NCBI RefSeq assembly: GCF_009914755.1
Contig: NC_060930.1
Direction: 5' to 3' (one strand)
Source: the human T2T-CHM13v2.0 reference genome, Homo sapiens
Length of the DNA: 64,000 bases
The notes under the pieces are model-generated. The model was not told where the DNA came from. It was given only the letters and a program-made list of their open reading frames with translations, and did not search any database. A program made the position numbers and the translations under genes. This document shows positions 28,835-51,419 of the stretch, one piece after another. The first letter of the stretch is position 1. Every line of letters starts with the position of its first letter.

Positions 28835-29963
28835 TATATAAAAATTAAAATTAAAAACTTTTGTGAATCAAAGGGTGTTACCAACCAAATAAGAAGTCAG
28901 CTCATGGAATGGGAGAAAAATATTTGCAAATCACATATATGACAAGGGGTTAATATCCAGAATGTATAAAGAATGCCTACAACTCAACAACAACAACAAA
29001 AAACCTAAATAAAACATGCGCAAAGGACTTAAACAGCCATTTCTCCAAAGAATACATTTTTCCAAATAGCCAATGAGCACATGAAAAGATGTTCAACATT
29101 GCTATTAATTAGGGAAGTACAAATCAACACTATGAGATGCCACTTCACATCCATTAGGATGGCTACTGTAAAAAAAAAAAAAAAAAAGAGAGAGAGAAGA
29201 AGAAGAAAAGGAAAAGAAGGAGGAGGAGGAGGAAAGAATGAAATAAACTGTTGATGAAAATATAGAGAAATGAGAGCCCTTGTGCCCTGCTGGTAAGGAT
29301 GTAAAATGGTGCAGCTGCTACGTAAAACAGTATGGTAGTTCTTCCAAAAATTAAGTATAGAATATGATCCAGCAGTTCCATTCCTGGGTATATACCCACA
29401 ACAGTTGAAAACAGGAACTTGAACAGATACTTGCACACCAATGTTTGTACCAGCCTTATTCACAATAGCTAAAAGGTGGAAGCAAACCAAGTGTCCGTCA
29501 ATGAATGACAGCATAAACAAAAAGTGACATACTCATACAAAGAAATATTGTTCAGCCTTAAAAATAAAGGAAATTCTGACACATGCTAAACACGGATGAA
29601 CCTTCAAGACATGAAGCTAAGTGAAATAAGCCAGTCACAAAGGGACAATTAGTGGGACGATTCCAGTAATACAAGATACTTAGAGTAGTGAAATTCATAG
29701 AGACAGAGTAGAGTGGTGGTTGCCTGGGGCTAAAAGGAAGAACTATGGGGAGTTATTGTTTAATAGGGTATTGTTTAATGGAGTTTCAGTTTGGGAAGAT
29801 GAAAAGAGTGCTGGAGATGGATGGCGGTGGTTGTTGCACAACAGTGTCAGTGACTTAATGGTTGTTGCACAACAGCAAGTGTACTTAATGCCACTCAATT
29901 TTACACTTAAAAATGGATAAAATTTAAATCGTATGTTATGTATATTTTACCACTATGAAAAAA
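28277..29963 (+). mobile_element. L1MB (L1MB3/4-like) 3' portion, interrupted by an Alu
   Basis: ORF2 3' segment (GAAAACTGGACATCCAC...AAGAATGAAGTTGGACC) and L1MB 3'UTR (GAGTTTCAGTTTGGGAAGATGAAAA...CACTTAAAAATGG...TATATTTTACCAC). Confidence 0.85.
28504..28832 (+). mobile_element. AluSg-like with an (AT)n tail
   Basis: GATCATGAGGTCAGGAG diagnostic; (AT)n at 28787-28832. Confidence 0.93.
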
Positions 29964-32900
29964 TTACCAAAAAAATGTTATAGGAGTATAAAAGAGCAAG
30001 CAATTGGATTGGGGAGATTCTTGTGAAGGAACTAAGGGCTTCACAGAAGAGGTGACATCTAAACAGAAAGAAGAGAAAAAGTATTTCTGGACAAAAGGAA
30101 GAGAATGTACCAAGGAAAGGGGCATGAGAGAGAGGGATCGGTTCAAGGAAGGGATGGCTGCTTGGTGAAGGCTAGTCACAGAGGTAAACATGAGGTGCAA
30201 CTAACAAAAAATCCCAACAGTCTGATCAGAAAATGTCACATTACCTTCTACTGACTTGAAACCTGAAGAGCCCATATATGTTATGTTTGGTTATCCAACA
30301 GAGTATGTAATTACCCAAAATATCCATTTTCTCATTCCCCCAGATTTCAGATAGTTTATTCAATTTAACAATGAACTTAATGGTGAGACTTTTGACCAAA
30401 ACTAGATAACCATATTTTAAAGGCTGTAGGCAAAAGAGATTCATCCTGTTTACATCAAGTATGAATCCAGATTTCAACATCCAAAGTCTAGAGCAAAAAG
30501 ATTGGATGCCAGTGCACTCCACAGCCAACATATGCGGCCTAAGCCTGGGAAGAAGTCTTAATTCTCAGCTTAAGATACTTTCAATAATTACTAAACGTGT
30601 CACTACATTTTTTTCTCTGTAATATAAAAAATGGAAATGTTGTTTTTCAGTCTAAGGTTAATGCTTTATATTACATGATTAATTGTAAAGGCCCAATATA
30701 AAGTAGACAATATATCTCACTTTTTATTACATGTTATTGACTATAAAGAGTCAACCACAGTGAAGAGAAATAAACATCATAACATTCTGTCACTCTGAGC
30801 ACAGTCATGTCAATATCATAAAAGTGTAAAACAGTGTTTCTAACACCAAAAACAATTGGGTATTGAGGCCTAGGAAAGCCTGCTTCAATTCATCTGAATG
30901 GATCAGGATGGTTTAAACGTCACTCAGAGACCTGACCTAAGGTCCAAAGGCACTCCCATGTTGAAACTTACCAGGATAGGGTCTCATACACCAGTGTTCC
31001 TGAATGAAGAAAGAGACGAATGATTTAAGGAGTGAATTTTAAACTAAAAGGAGCTTAAGAGAGTAGAGTTTCTTTTGTTTTACTGAAATAAATATGGGCT
31101 AAATACCTTCTGAGAAGGTAATATTCAGGCTGTGGAGTGAAAGTAAAGGCATTTCTTCTGGACAAGAGTTGTCAGATTTGATCATTTTTCTTCCTTCTTA
31201 TGTCATCTCACTCTACCCTGCTTTGTTCTTTTATTCTCTCCTCCATTATAATCTGCATGAGAACCTCATTTAGTTAAAGATCCTCCACCCAATGCCTTAG
31301 GAGAATGGAGGTTGCTTCCGTCTTTTGGGTTTGGTTTTTCTCCTAAGTATGTTCTTAAAAACTATATTCTTTCTTCATATCAAAACCCATGCAGTTTCTT
31401 TCTAATTTTAGTTTCCCTCTGTGCATAGCAACCTACAATCAAAATTTTGGCATATAAACATATTATAGGGCTTTTCATTTTATGAGTGCTGCTGTTGAAT
31501 TTGGGCATATAATATGGAAGGTTTCAGAACATTTTTTATACCAACCATTAATCTCCTCATCCTCTTTGCTCCCGTCACACTGTGGCTCCACCTCTATTAC
31601 TGTATATACCAATTTCAATGTGTTCAGCATGATATCATATGCTCCATAAGGGTAAGGATAAATTTAATTTACTCTTTCATCCAACAAACATTTACGAAGT
31701 GGCAGCTGTGAACAAGCACAGGACTGCTGGTTGGCAATATAAAGAAAAATAAATAGAGTCCCTCTCCTCAAGGAGTTCACTTTAATTTCTATTCTTGTTA
31801 CATGCACTATAAGTTTGTTGAATTAAACTAAAACACTAGATAATGCTTCATGTTGAAGATGCTGAGAGCCTTTGTCCTAGTTAAATAATCAAGTGTTTCT
31901 GTGATGCCCTCGCCATACAGCCTCACATACTTGTTTTCACTTGAGCCTCCAATCGCAAATATTACAGGAGTTGTGGTTGCAAAGATGGCAGAGGAAGGGA
32001 AGGGGACAAGCCCACCCAGGCTGAACTGAAGGTGAGGAAGAGCCCACAGCTTTCTTGCCCAGGTCTTTTCACATCTATGTCTGTGGTAAAGGGCCACCAT
32101 GTCAACCTTGAGTGGCCCCACTTCATACCAAATTTTTCAATGTTATTAACCTAACAAAACTCAGAATCCAAAAGTGGCTAAAGCTGAACTCATAATTTGA
32201 ACGTTTCACAAAGTTTATGCAAATTGTCAACTAAAATGCTGCTTTTATACAATGACCTATGAGCAGATATACCAGAGACAAAGATGGTATCTAGACAGAG
32301 GTGAAGAAATAGACTATCTGACAACGTGGAAAGACCGCTCTGGCCAATTGATGTCACAACAAATAATCTATGGATAAGGAGACTTAGAGTCCCAACAGGC
32401 CCCTTAAAGTTTATTTACATTGGTTATGTTACAGATTAAACCAAGTTTATTTTTTCATGAATTTCTATTTAAGAAGTGCTTTATAGAGATTAATAATTTT
32501 TATCATTTACTCAACAATTTTTGAGTGTCATTCTGTGCCACGCTCTATGTTGGGTACCGCAGACACAAAGGTGAATATGACATCCTCCCAAGAAACTCCC
32601 AACCCAGCGAAGGAACAAACAAATAAATATGTGGATGGGGACCAGATCTTCAATCTGCATTCAACTCACAATCTCTCTAGTCACACTAATCATCTATAGG
32701 AGAGTATTTGCTAACTTGAATGCTTAAGATTTTGAGAAGCAAAATTAGAAAAAATAGGAAGAAAGAAGAGATAGGAAAAGGTAATTAGATGAAAGGATGA
32801 AGAGGCTAAATTGGGCTACCTAAAGAGAAGGAATGAAGTAGTAAGTTACAAAACGAAGTCACTTGGCACTAAAGCTGAAGAGAGCAGTTTAGAAGCTGGT

Positions 32901-33914
32901 ATATAAGCAACTCTGGAACATAAGAGTTTATGAAGTGAAGGGTAAGAAAGCAGAAGAGTGGAGAAAATACCAATAACAGTTGTTCTGAGACAGGAGTTGA
33001 ACCCCTCTGTTGTTTTGTTGAGAGATAAAAGTAAAGTTAAAATATACCATAAAGTCACTTTTGGTCTGCCAGATCACGCTTCTTTGCGTGTGATTCTATA
33101 TGGATACTGAGCCATGCGGGGCTCCAAGATTTAGGGTGTACGTTGGAAATGCAGGCTCTGTTAGTAGAGTGTATAAAGGTTACTCTGAGGTTCACAGTAT
33201 AGAAATGCCAACATTATTTGGCTAAGTGAACTTTTCTCAAGCTGAAGGGTCCTAATTCACTATGTCAGTTTATCAGGATCTTCTAATGTCAGTGAAGGCT
33301 CCAGGAAGGATGTGTTACATGAACTGGTGAGCTGCGTGTTTGTTTTAAGTGGAAAGTATGTATTCAACCTTCCACTTAAAGATGGAAAAGGGATGGGAAA
33401 AAGATGGTAAAGGGATGAGAAAGAAGGAAGAGAGTGGAAATTCAACTGCTGAATAAGGTTGGATGAGTCAAGGAAGAACACAACATGGGGATGGGGCTAT
33501 AAGGTGATAGCTGTCATGCTTAACTCTGCCATTAATACTGCGATCCTGGTGAAACCCAGTCAACCTCTCCCAAGATAGAATGCTCATAGTTTTATTTTCT
33601 ATTCTGATGAAGACTAGGTGAGGTTTACATTATTACATTAAAAAAAGAGAGATGACTTACCTTTTACTATCCTCATAATGAATTTTATGTACATTATACC
33701 TGTCATATCAGGGTTATTGGTTTTTTTGTTTGGTTGGTTTTCTTCCTTTAGGGAAGTTACAGAAACTTGTTTTTCTTCTATTCCTTCCCTGGTGATACAA
33801 TATACAATATTATGGGAGTGGAATATTCTAGACCAAAGGCAGATCTACATGAAATATTATGGCATGTGAAAGACATTGCAAGTTATTTCCTGGGGGTCTA
33901 ACAAGAGATGAATA

Positions 33915-34150
33915 AACACTCCTGAACACTTATTATGGCCAGGCACTAGGATGAACCCTTTATTTATATCATTTCATAGTCTCAATAATAACCCTAAAGT
34001 TGATGCTATTACAAGGCTTATTTAATAAAACCAAAGAAGTTAAATAACTTGCCCAAGATCAAACAACTAGCAAACAACAGAGTCAGGATTCAAATAAGGA
34101 ATTAAATTCCACAGCCCAGGTTCCTAAGTGCTTGGCTACACTGCCTCCTC
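33915..34150 (-). mobile_element. MIR
   Basis: GCCAGGCACT...AAGTTAAATAACTTGCCCAAGATCAAACAACTAG...AGAGTCAGGATTCAAA. Confidence 0.75.
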
Positions 34151-35292
34151 ATGAATGCTGTGCATCAAGATCTGACGTGCATCAAGATCTGAGCTATATC
34201 CCTTAGGTCTCTATTTCTCCAACTATAGCATATGAGTCAGAAATACATAAAGCCAGAGAATATATGTAGCCATTTGCCCAGTAAATCAATGGTACTGAAA
34301 GACCTATGAGGGAAAATTTTACTCAGATAGGTGAGAAGATGTTAAACAGTGAGAATTTTCAAACATAGGAAAAAGAAATAAAGATACACTGTAGATTAAT
34401 ATGCAAAACTTTATAAATTATAAAGGTAAATCATGAAATTTTGGAAAAATGCCACGGTTGTGGTCACCATTTTAGCTTATGATCTCTTTCCTCCAAGCTT
34501 ACTCTTTTGTGTGTGTGTGTGCATTCACATATATTTTTTGAAATATTGCCTTAGGCACGAGAGCCATGGAGTGTTGCAACAGGGATGCATTGTGGCCAGG
34601 TTTACATTTTGGAAAGCTTCTAACAGGTGAGAGAGGAACACAAGGAAACAATCACACTTCCCTGGTAGAATGAACACTGATTTCACTTACAAGATAAGAG
34701 TGAGTTTGAGGAGCCTGGGGATCCTCCAAGTGGCATGACTATGAAGAAAACTGGAACTCAGAAGAGAGGTCTTCCACAAAAACCTTGTATCATATTTTAT
34801 ACTAACATCATTCAAAACTATGTTCCCACCTATTTCACAGAACAGTGTTTGGGGCAGAGTAGCTACCCCAAAACCATTTGTTGAATGAATGAAGTGGAAA
34901 ATAGAGGGCATATACTAATAATGTAATTAAGAGAATCCATTAATGCTACACTGCAAAAAAAAATGTTCAGAATTAAAGGACCTTTTGTATCTTTATATGT
35001 GCATATGAATGTCAAACATTTTATAAGGTTCATAGGATATAGTGACGTTTATCCCTTCAAGAAAATGACTTTTAAAGAGGAGAAAGTTCCCACATAGTCC
35101 TGCTGCATTTAAAAGAAGCTTTAGATTTTAACATGCCGATCATTTGTTATTTCTATAATGTGGAGACTTTACTAAAGGTAAATGTTTATAAAGAGCTTTT
35201 AAATAAATCCTTCTGTCTTAGGAAATTATTGTCTCTTTACTAATCTGTGAGAAGATTTTTGGCTGCCACTGCCATGTACTTCTGCCAAAATT

Positions 35293-35408
35293 GTATATGT
35301 GTATATATATACACACACACATATATATGTAATTATTTTATATGTAGGATTTATATATGTGTGTGTATATATATATACTTGTATACATATATGTATGCAT
35401 ATATTGCA

Positions 35409-35443
<35 letters not shown>
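35293..35443. repeat. Complex (TA)/(CA)/(TG) alternating purine-pyrimidine microsatellite
   Basis: Direct reading. Confidence 0.9.
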
Positions 35444-35444
<1 letters not shown>

Positions 35445-36089
35445 CAGAATATGGTCTCTTTTCTTCCAATATGACCTCTGTAATATAACAAATTGTTTAA
35501 ATGTTGATTTTGCCTCAGTAATTTCTCCCAGTGGCTTCATTAGTTTTTCCATGTTTTAAGAACTCTATAGCTACATTTCCTAAGAGACATTTATTTCTGT
35601 GTTTCCTAGTTATAGGTTTATAGATTACTAGGAGTTCTGGGTCACTGTGTTACTATAAGATTGAGTTCCAACTTTATGACTCATTTTCTAAAAATCAATT
35701 TTCTCAAGCCACTGTCCATTTAATTTCATTGGCCATGATTATTTTGAAATAAATGCATATATGCCTATAGATGATACTTTAGAAACTATTATTGGCTTAG
35801 GTTTTACATTGAGCTCCATTTTAATGTTCAAATTGTGTTTTATAGTATTTGCTTCCTTTAAATGTGTTTTTATTGAGAAAATAAAATTTTATTTTGCATT
35901 AAACTTACCATTAAAAAGATGAATGTCAGTATAGTATGACTAAACACTGCCACTATTAAATCTTAGAGGTCTTAGTTTGCCTTTGCTTCTTTAACTAGCT
36001 ATGTGTGGTTGTAGAACATGAACTAGCCTGTCATGATTCCCATTCTAGGCAACGAAATTAGAAGTGTGCATTATGACAGTGTTCTGTGA

Positions 36090-37011
36090 CTTCCTTCTCC
36101 TGACCCCAACTTCTAACCATCTTCCCATTCCCAGTACTTTCATTATGCTTCCTGGAGCCCTCAATCCCTAGCCTTGCCACTAAACTCACTCCACCTTCTT
36201 GCCTTAATTAAAGCTTTTCTCTATCTGAGGACACTGCTTCTCCAGCAGTCTCACCAAGTGAAGAATGTGGCTGTCAACAACCCTTGGTATCTCAGAATAA
36301 GGAAGCAGAGTTCAGATCGTCTTCACCTAGCAGTGCTTCAAACCAGTCCTCATCACCACCAATCCTCATGCAAAATCCTTCCATCCTTGAAGGTTCAAGT
36401 TATCCAGACATACCACATTCCACCCTCCCTTGTACCCAGAGTGTCTGCTGATTCCATGGACAATTTTCTCATGTTCACTAAACACTTCTGCACATAACTG
36501 TAGTCTTTCTCTCCATGCAACTTCCTACCATCATTCAGGATGACATCCTGTCCATGCAATACCCAAGTTTCATAATTCTTGACCTTCTCATCTTCAGTTA
36601 CTTCTCCATTTTATTTCAGCCACCATAGCATCACTCCTCCACCTCTGAAAACCTAAGTTCAGCCATCTCATTCTCCGACCACAACTTCTTACCATTTCCT
36701 ACCATATCCCTTACTCAGTGATTCCTCAATACACGTTCTTCAAATTCATTGAGTTCTCTAACCACCTGATAACTCTACTTTCTCCCTCTCTCCACCTTCC
36801 TGTATCCATTTCCTTTCCTATCCATCTAGGAATGTATAATTCATTACATCAATATTTTCTTGCCAATATTCTCATAACACTAGCCCACTGCCCTTCGAAT
36901 TGCTATGGACTAGCAAAACCCCAATCCTGGACCAATCCACACATCTACGCTGTCTATATTCTAAGTCTGCAAAACCTGGCCAAAGAATATCATGAAAACA
37001 CATCAATTTGA
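36090..37011 (+). mobile_element. L2 ORF2 region (5' part), split by the L1PA8A insertion
   Basis: Pyrimidine-rich L2 internal sequence (TCTCCGACCACAAC, GCAAAACCCCAATCCTGG); continues at ~43610. Confidence 0.65.
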
Positions 37012-43605
<6,594 letters not shown>

Positions 43606-43609
43606 AAAA

Positions 43610-44700
43610 CAACACGTCTGTTGGTGCCAAGACAAATTAATAACCTTTAATTCCAATGAGATCCACAGCATCTGGCAATCCTTTCATGATACTCCAATCA
43701 AGTCCCTCTCCCATTTTCCATAATGTATTTCAAACCTTCTGTGCTCTCCTAAAACCTCGTATCCCCCCATATCATCACTGTCATTCTTAGCTGATTACTT
43801 CCTCTACTTCCCAGAGAAAACAGAAGCCATCATTCAAGAAATCTTTGAGCTTCCTACACAAACCCATACATTTATTTGTGTTGTCTCTGTTCTTTCCATT
43901 TTTCCTCCTGCCTCAATAGAGGAGTGATATACTTTGGATGTTTGTTCCTGCCCAAATCTCATGTTTAATTGTAATTCCCAGTGCAGGAGATGGGGCCTGG
44001 TAGGAGGTATTTGTATCATGGGGGCAGATCCCTCATGGTGTGGTGCTGTCCAGATCAGGTTATTTAAACATATGAGGCACCTCCCCCCAGCTCTCTCAGT
44101 CTTGCTCCAGTTTTCACCATATTATGTGCCTGCTCCCGAGAACTTCGCGAAGCATATGCCTTCCACCATGATTGTAAGCTTCCTGAGGCCAGGAAGCTTA
44201 TGCTGGTGTTACGCTTCCTGTACAACCTGCAGAACCATGACCCACTTAAATCTTTTTTCTTATAAATTACCCAGTCTCAGGTATGTCTTATGCTGGTGTT
44301 ATGCTTCCTGTACAACCTGCAGAACCATGAGCCACTTAATCTTTTTTCTTATAAATTACCCAGTCTCAGGTATGTCTTTATAGCAATGCAAGAATGGCCT
44401 AATACAAAGAGTTATTTATTCTCCCATTTAAGGCTAACCTTCACTCAGATGCAGATTCCCATTCTTCTCATACCCTCAGGAACCTGCTCTGTACACTATC
44501 CCCTTTCTCTTATATTTTAATCAAGAAATGTGATCAACTAGTTTCTACCCACCAACACACAACATACTAAGCCTTCTACAATTAATTTTTTAAAAATTCA
44601 TTCATCCCACATTCTCCTCCAATTTAACACTGCAGGATTCTTCTTCACCTTTCCTAATTTTATATTTGTCTGAAGAACTCTAGTTTCCTACAACAATAGC
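43610..44700 (+). mobile_element. L2 ORF2 continuation, interrupted by an MST LTR
   Basis: TCTTAGCTGATTACTTCCTCTACTTCCCAGAGAAAACAGAAGCCATC matches the L2 S(A)DD..SYF.EKIEAI region. Confidence 0.65.
43925..44406 (+). mobile_element. MSTA/MSTB MaLR solo LTR with an internal 90-bp tandem duplication
   Basis: TGATATACTTTGGATGTTTGTTCC...CCTAATACA; TSD AGGAG/AAGAG. Confidence 0.88.
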
Positions 44701-44733
44701 AATAGACTTAATCATGGGCATTATCTTACAGTA

Positions 44734-45930
44734 CAGTCATGTATCACTTAAGGACAGTGATACATTTTGAGAAATTAATTGTTAAATGATTTCATCACTG
44801 TGTGAACATCATAGAGTGTACTTACACAAACCTAGATTGTATAGCCTACTACACACCTATGCTATCTGGCATAGCCTATTGCTCCTACAGTACAAACGTG
44901 TGCAGCATGTTACTGCACATGCTACTGAATACTGTAGGCAACTGTAACACACTGCTAAGTATTTGTGTAACTAAACGCATCTAAACACAGAAAAGGTACA
45001 GTAAAAATACAGTCTAAACAATTTTTAAATGGTATTCCTGTATAGGACACTTACTATGAATGGAAATTGCTGGACTGGAATTTTCTCTGGCTGAGTCAGT
45101 GAGTCAGTAGTAAGTGAATGTGAAGGCCAGGACATTACTATGAACTACTCTAGACTTTACAAACCCTGCACACTTCAGCTACATTAAATTTATTTTAAAA
45201 TATTTCTTTCTTCAATAATAAATTAACTTTAGCTTACTGTAATATTTTTACTTGGTAAACTTTTAAATTTTTTCAACTTTTTGGTCCATTTGTAATAACA
45301 CTTAGCTTAAAACACATTATACAGCTGTACAAAAATATTTCCTTTTTATATCCCTATTCTATAACTTTATTAACTTTTTTATTTTGCTTTTTAAACCTTT
45401 TTGTTAAAACCTAAGACAAAAACACACACATTAGCCTAAGCCTTCACAGTATCAGGATCATCAATATCACTGTCTTCCACCTCTACATCTTGTTTGGCTA
45501 GAAAGTCTTCAGAAGTAATAACATGCATGGGGTTGTTATCTATGATAATAATGCTTTCTTCTGGAATACCTCCTATTGGACTTGTTTGAAGCTGTTTTAC
45601 TGTTAACTTTTTTCTTATAAGTAGAAGGAGCATCCTCTAAAATGATGATAAAAAATGAAAGTGTGGTGAATACATAAACAAATAACATAATTGTTTATTA
45701 TGATTACCAAGTATTACGTATTGTACATAATCCTACGTGCTATACTTTCATATGAATGAGAGCACAGTAGATTTGTTTACACCAGCATCACCACAAACAT
45801 GAGTAATGCATTGTACTATGACGTTACAATAGCTATGACATCACCAGGCAATAGACATTTTTCAGCTCCATTATAATCTTATGAGATGACTGTCCCATAT
45901 GCACAATGTCTGACCAAAACATTGTTTTAT
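44734..45930. mobile_element. Tigger3b (Golem/MER7B) DNA transposon
   Basis: TA-CAGTCATG start; GAACATCATAGAGTGTACTTACACAAACCTAGA, GGATCATCAATATCACTGTCTTCCAC, TTTTCAGCTCCATTATAATCTTATG. Confidence 0.88.
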
Positions 45931-45939
45931 ATTATTACA

Positions 45940-48660
<2,721 letters not shown>

Positions 48661-48689
48661 TGTAATGTTTCACAGGGGTCTTTTCTAGA

Positions 48690-49365
48690 ACTCCCTTTTC
48701 ACTTTTCACAAATGCTGAGTGACCTCAACCACTTCTATTCCTTAAATTAAAGCTTATAGACTGATGACTAACAAACTTTATTTTGTTGCTGGGCTCCACA
48801 GCTTTTGCTAATAACAAACAAGGTATCTCAATAGGACATAGCACAGTTGCCCCCACTTCACATAAACAAAACTAAATTATGTTTTATTCTTCACCCTCTC
48901 TCATACCTGCTCCTCCTCCTGTGTCCCTCATCTTAGTAAATGGTGTCATATCACCCTCCCCAACATACTTTGTTATGGTTGCCTAAGACAGAAAGCTTTC
49001 TATCACTCTGGCCCCAGTCACTCTCTAAGTACTAAGTATTCTACCTCCAAAATATCTCAAAACTGTCTTCCACCCTTCTCCAAATTCAACAGTTTATGGC
49101 AGCATCACCTCTTGACTGGATTACTACAACAGCCTCCAGTTGAAATTCTTGCTTTCACTTTTGCCTCTTTCATGCCACAATCCACATAATTTTGATAAAC
49201 ATTTCATTTAATTATGTCATTCCCCTTCCAAATGTTACACTGCCTTCTTGATACAGTCTAACTCTGTTAGAATGATCTAAGTGACTATACATAACCTGAT
49301 GACTGCTTACCTCTTTAGACTTCTCTTTCATCAATCTCTGCCCTCACCTCTTCCCTTCCACTATG
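48690..49365 (+). mobile_element. L2 RT/3' region
   Basis: TATAGACTGATGACT (YADD-like), CCTGCTCCTCCTCCTGTGTCCCTCATCTTAGTAAATGG, TGGATTACTACAACAGCCTCC (LDY.NSL). Confidence 0.7.
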
Positions 49366-49384
49366 AAACACACAGAAACAGAAA

Positions 49385-49615
49385 CAGAACAGTCTCCAAA
49401 AATGGCCACAACAATATTTTTAGTTCCATATGCTGTTCCAGAAGCATGCCATTCCCCCTCAAGAAGTGAAATCTAGTTTCCTTCCCCCTGAACATGATCC
49501 AGCCTTAGTGACTCACCTCTAATGAATGAAATGCCATTATAGTGATGCTGTATAGCTTACAAATAAAATCAGTACACCTTCGGCCTGGTGCACCTCCTCT
49601 CTCTCTCTCTCTCTC
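49385..49615 (+). mobile_element. MLT1F/G-like LTR fragment
   Basis: CCAAAAATGGCCACAACAATAT...CTCAAGAAGTGAAATCTAGTTTCCTTCCCCCTGAAC. Confidence 0.6.
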
Positions 49616-49619
49616 TTTG

Positions 49620-49810
49620 CACATATATGTTATGCCTGGTTCATGGTAGGTATTCCATAAATTATATTTTCTATCATTCTCATGTTTCAGATTAAGAAAC
49701 TGAGACAAGTTAGAAAGTTCAATAATTTTCCTAAGGTCACATGGCTAGCAAGTGGCAACGCTGAAATTCCATCTCAAGTCTGTTTGTCTGCTGAGCCCAT
49801 GTACCAGTAT
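49620..49810 (-). mobile_element. MIR
   Basis: CAGATTAAGAAACTGAGAC...CCTAAGGTCACATGGCTAGCAAGTGGCA. Confidence 0.75.
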
Positions 49811-49919
49811 GGCTTGATTCTCCACTCATCCTTGTCTTATTTTATTCTTTGGCGTTTATCCATTATATTCCTTGTTCTAGCAAATCATACTTTCAGATAC
49901 TTTCAGAAAGCTTAATTGA

Positions 49920-50362
49920 AATTTAAGGATGTAATTGAGCAAAAGAAAATCACTTAATGAGAGATTAAAAATGAAATGTTATGTTCTTATAGAATGCCTT
50001 TTGGGAAAGCAGTAAACAATATTTTCATGTTATAATATTTAAACACGGATGTGATCTAACCAAAATTCTATTATTATGTTGAGGGGGGAGATAGGGCTAA
50101 GAGGAGTGAGAGGTGTTTCAGAAGGATAAGTCTTCATTTACTATGGAGGGAAGTCAACAGATAATGTCTAAAATTGATAAGCCAAAACAGCTATATAGCC
50201 ATATTATGTAGAAAAAAAAAACAAGCATAGTTGAAATGCCTGTGGATAACAGGACTTGGAGGCTAGAAAAGAGGTGGAGTAAAAGACTAATATTTCCATT
50301 ACAAACTTTTAAGAAATATTTGAGTTCATAAAAATGAATGTGTATTTGATTAAAAATAATTA
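49920..50362 (+). mobile_element. L1MC4/5-like 3' end
   Basis: GATCTAACCAAAATT...GGAAGTCAACAGATAATGTCTAAAATTGATAA. Confidence 0.55.
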
Positions 50363-50816
50363 AAATAGATTATTTACCCATCTGGAATTTATATTGTGAG
50401 TGGGGTGAGATAGAGATCCAAACATCACAGTTTTCCAACTGCCTGTCCAGTTATTATCTAGGCCAATTTTAATTACAGTACTTTCTTTCTTCTCGCATAT
50501 TTGTAATTTGAAGGAACACCAATAAATATGAAAATGTGGTGTCATACACACACTCCGTTCTTTCTTTTTTTAAGGTCAATGTCATGCTCTTAGATAATTT
50601 ATGCCTGAATTTCTTCAAGTCACACATGAAATGCTCAGAGAGGTCACAAACATCAGGTGAAATATGAGAACTGGATCTTTAGAGGACTTAGGTGATAAAC
50701 ATGCTGAGAACATTTGCTTCACATGAATGTTGCCTGTGCCCCCAGCTGCCCTCTACTTAATGTGAATTAAAAGTCTGACACACAAATGGCCAATGAGTAC
50801 ATGCAAAAGTATTCTA

Positions 50817-50949
50817 TTAGATTGGTGCAAAAGTAATTTTGTTGGTAATGGAACAAATAATAGAAACAAAAAAGTAATTTTGTTTCTATTAGTTTGATGC
50901 AAAAGTACTTTTAATGGCAAAAACCTCAATTACTTTTGCACCAACCTAA
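50817..50949. mobile_element. MADE1 (Hsmar1 MITE), rearranged and expanded
   Basis: TTAGATTGGTGCAAAAGTAATT ... AATTACTTTTGCACCAACCTAA TIRs with TA TSD. Confidence 0.9.
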
Positions 50950-51419
50950 TACATCATTAGTCACTGGGGGAAAATGCAAATTAAACCCACATTGAGATAC
51001 TAGTATACATCCACCAAAATGAATAAAATTTTAAAATACCTATAGAGCTAAATGTTGCTAAGGATTTGGAGAAACTGCAATTCTCATAAACCGATAGTGA
51101 GAAATTTTCCACCACACTGGAAAATTTGGGAGAAGTTTTTAATGAAGTTAAATGAACATCTGCTCATATAGCCAGTAATTCCACTTTTACGTATTAAGCA
51201 AAAATAAATGAAAATATACATTGGCAAAAAGATTTGAAGCATAATGTTTAAGTCACTTCATTCACAATAACCAAAAACTGGAAATAGCCCAGGTGTCTGT
51301 TAAAATAACAAGTAAACTGTGACACATTCATACAATAAACTACTCAGCAATAAAAAGAAAAAACTACTCATAAAATCAACACAGATAAATCTCAAAAACA
51401 GTTTGATAATTGAAATAGC

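Noticed and set aside
29029-29520. 163-aa antisense ORF
   Set aside because: Antisense L1MB plus a low-complexity purine tract.
30241-32121. 96- and 97-aa minus-strand ORFs in unique DNA
   Set aside because: No recognisable homology or coherent splice structure; lengths are expected by chance.
33661-33699. 39-nt minus-strand exon candidate with AAG|GTAAGT
   Set aside because: The acceptor lacks a pyrimidine tract (A-rich upstream).
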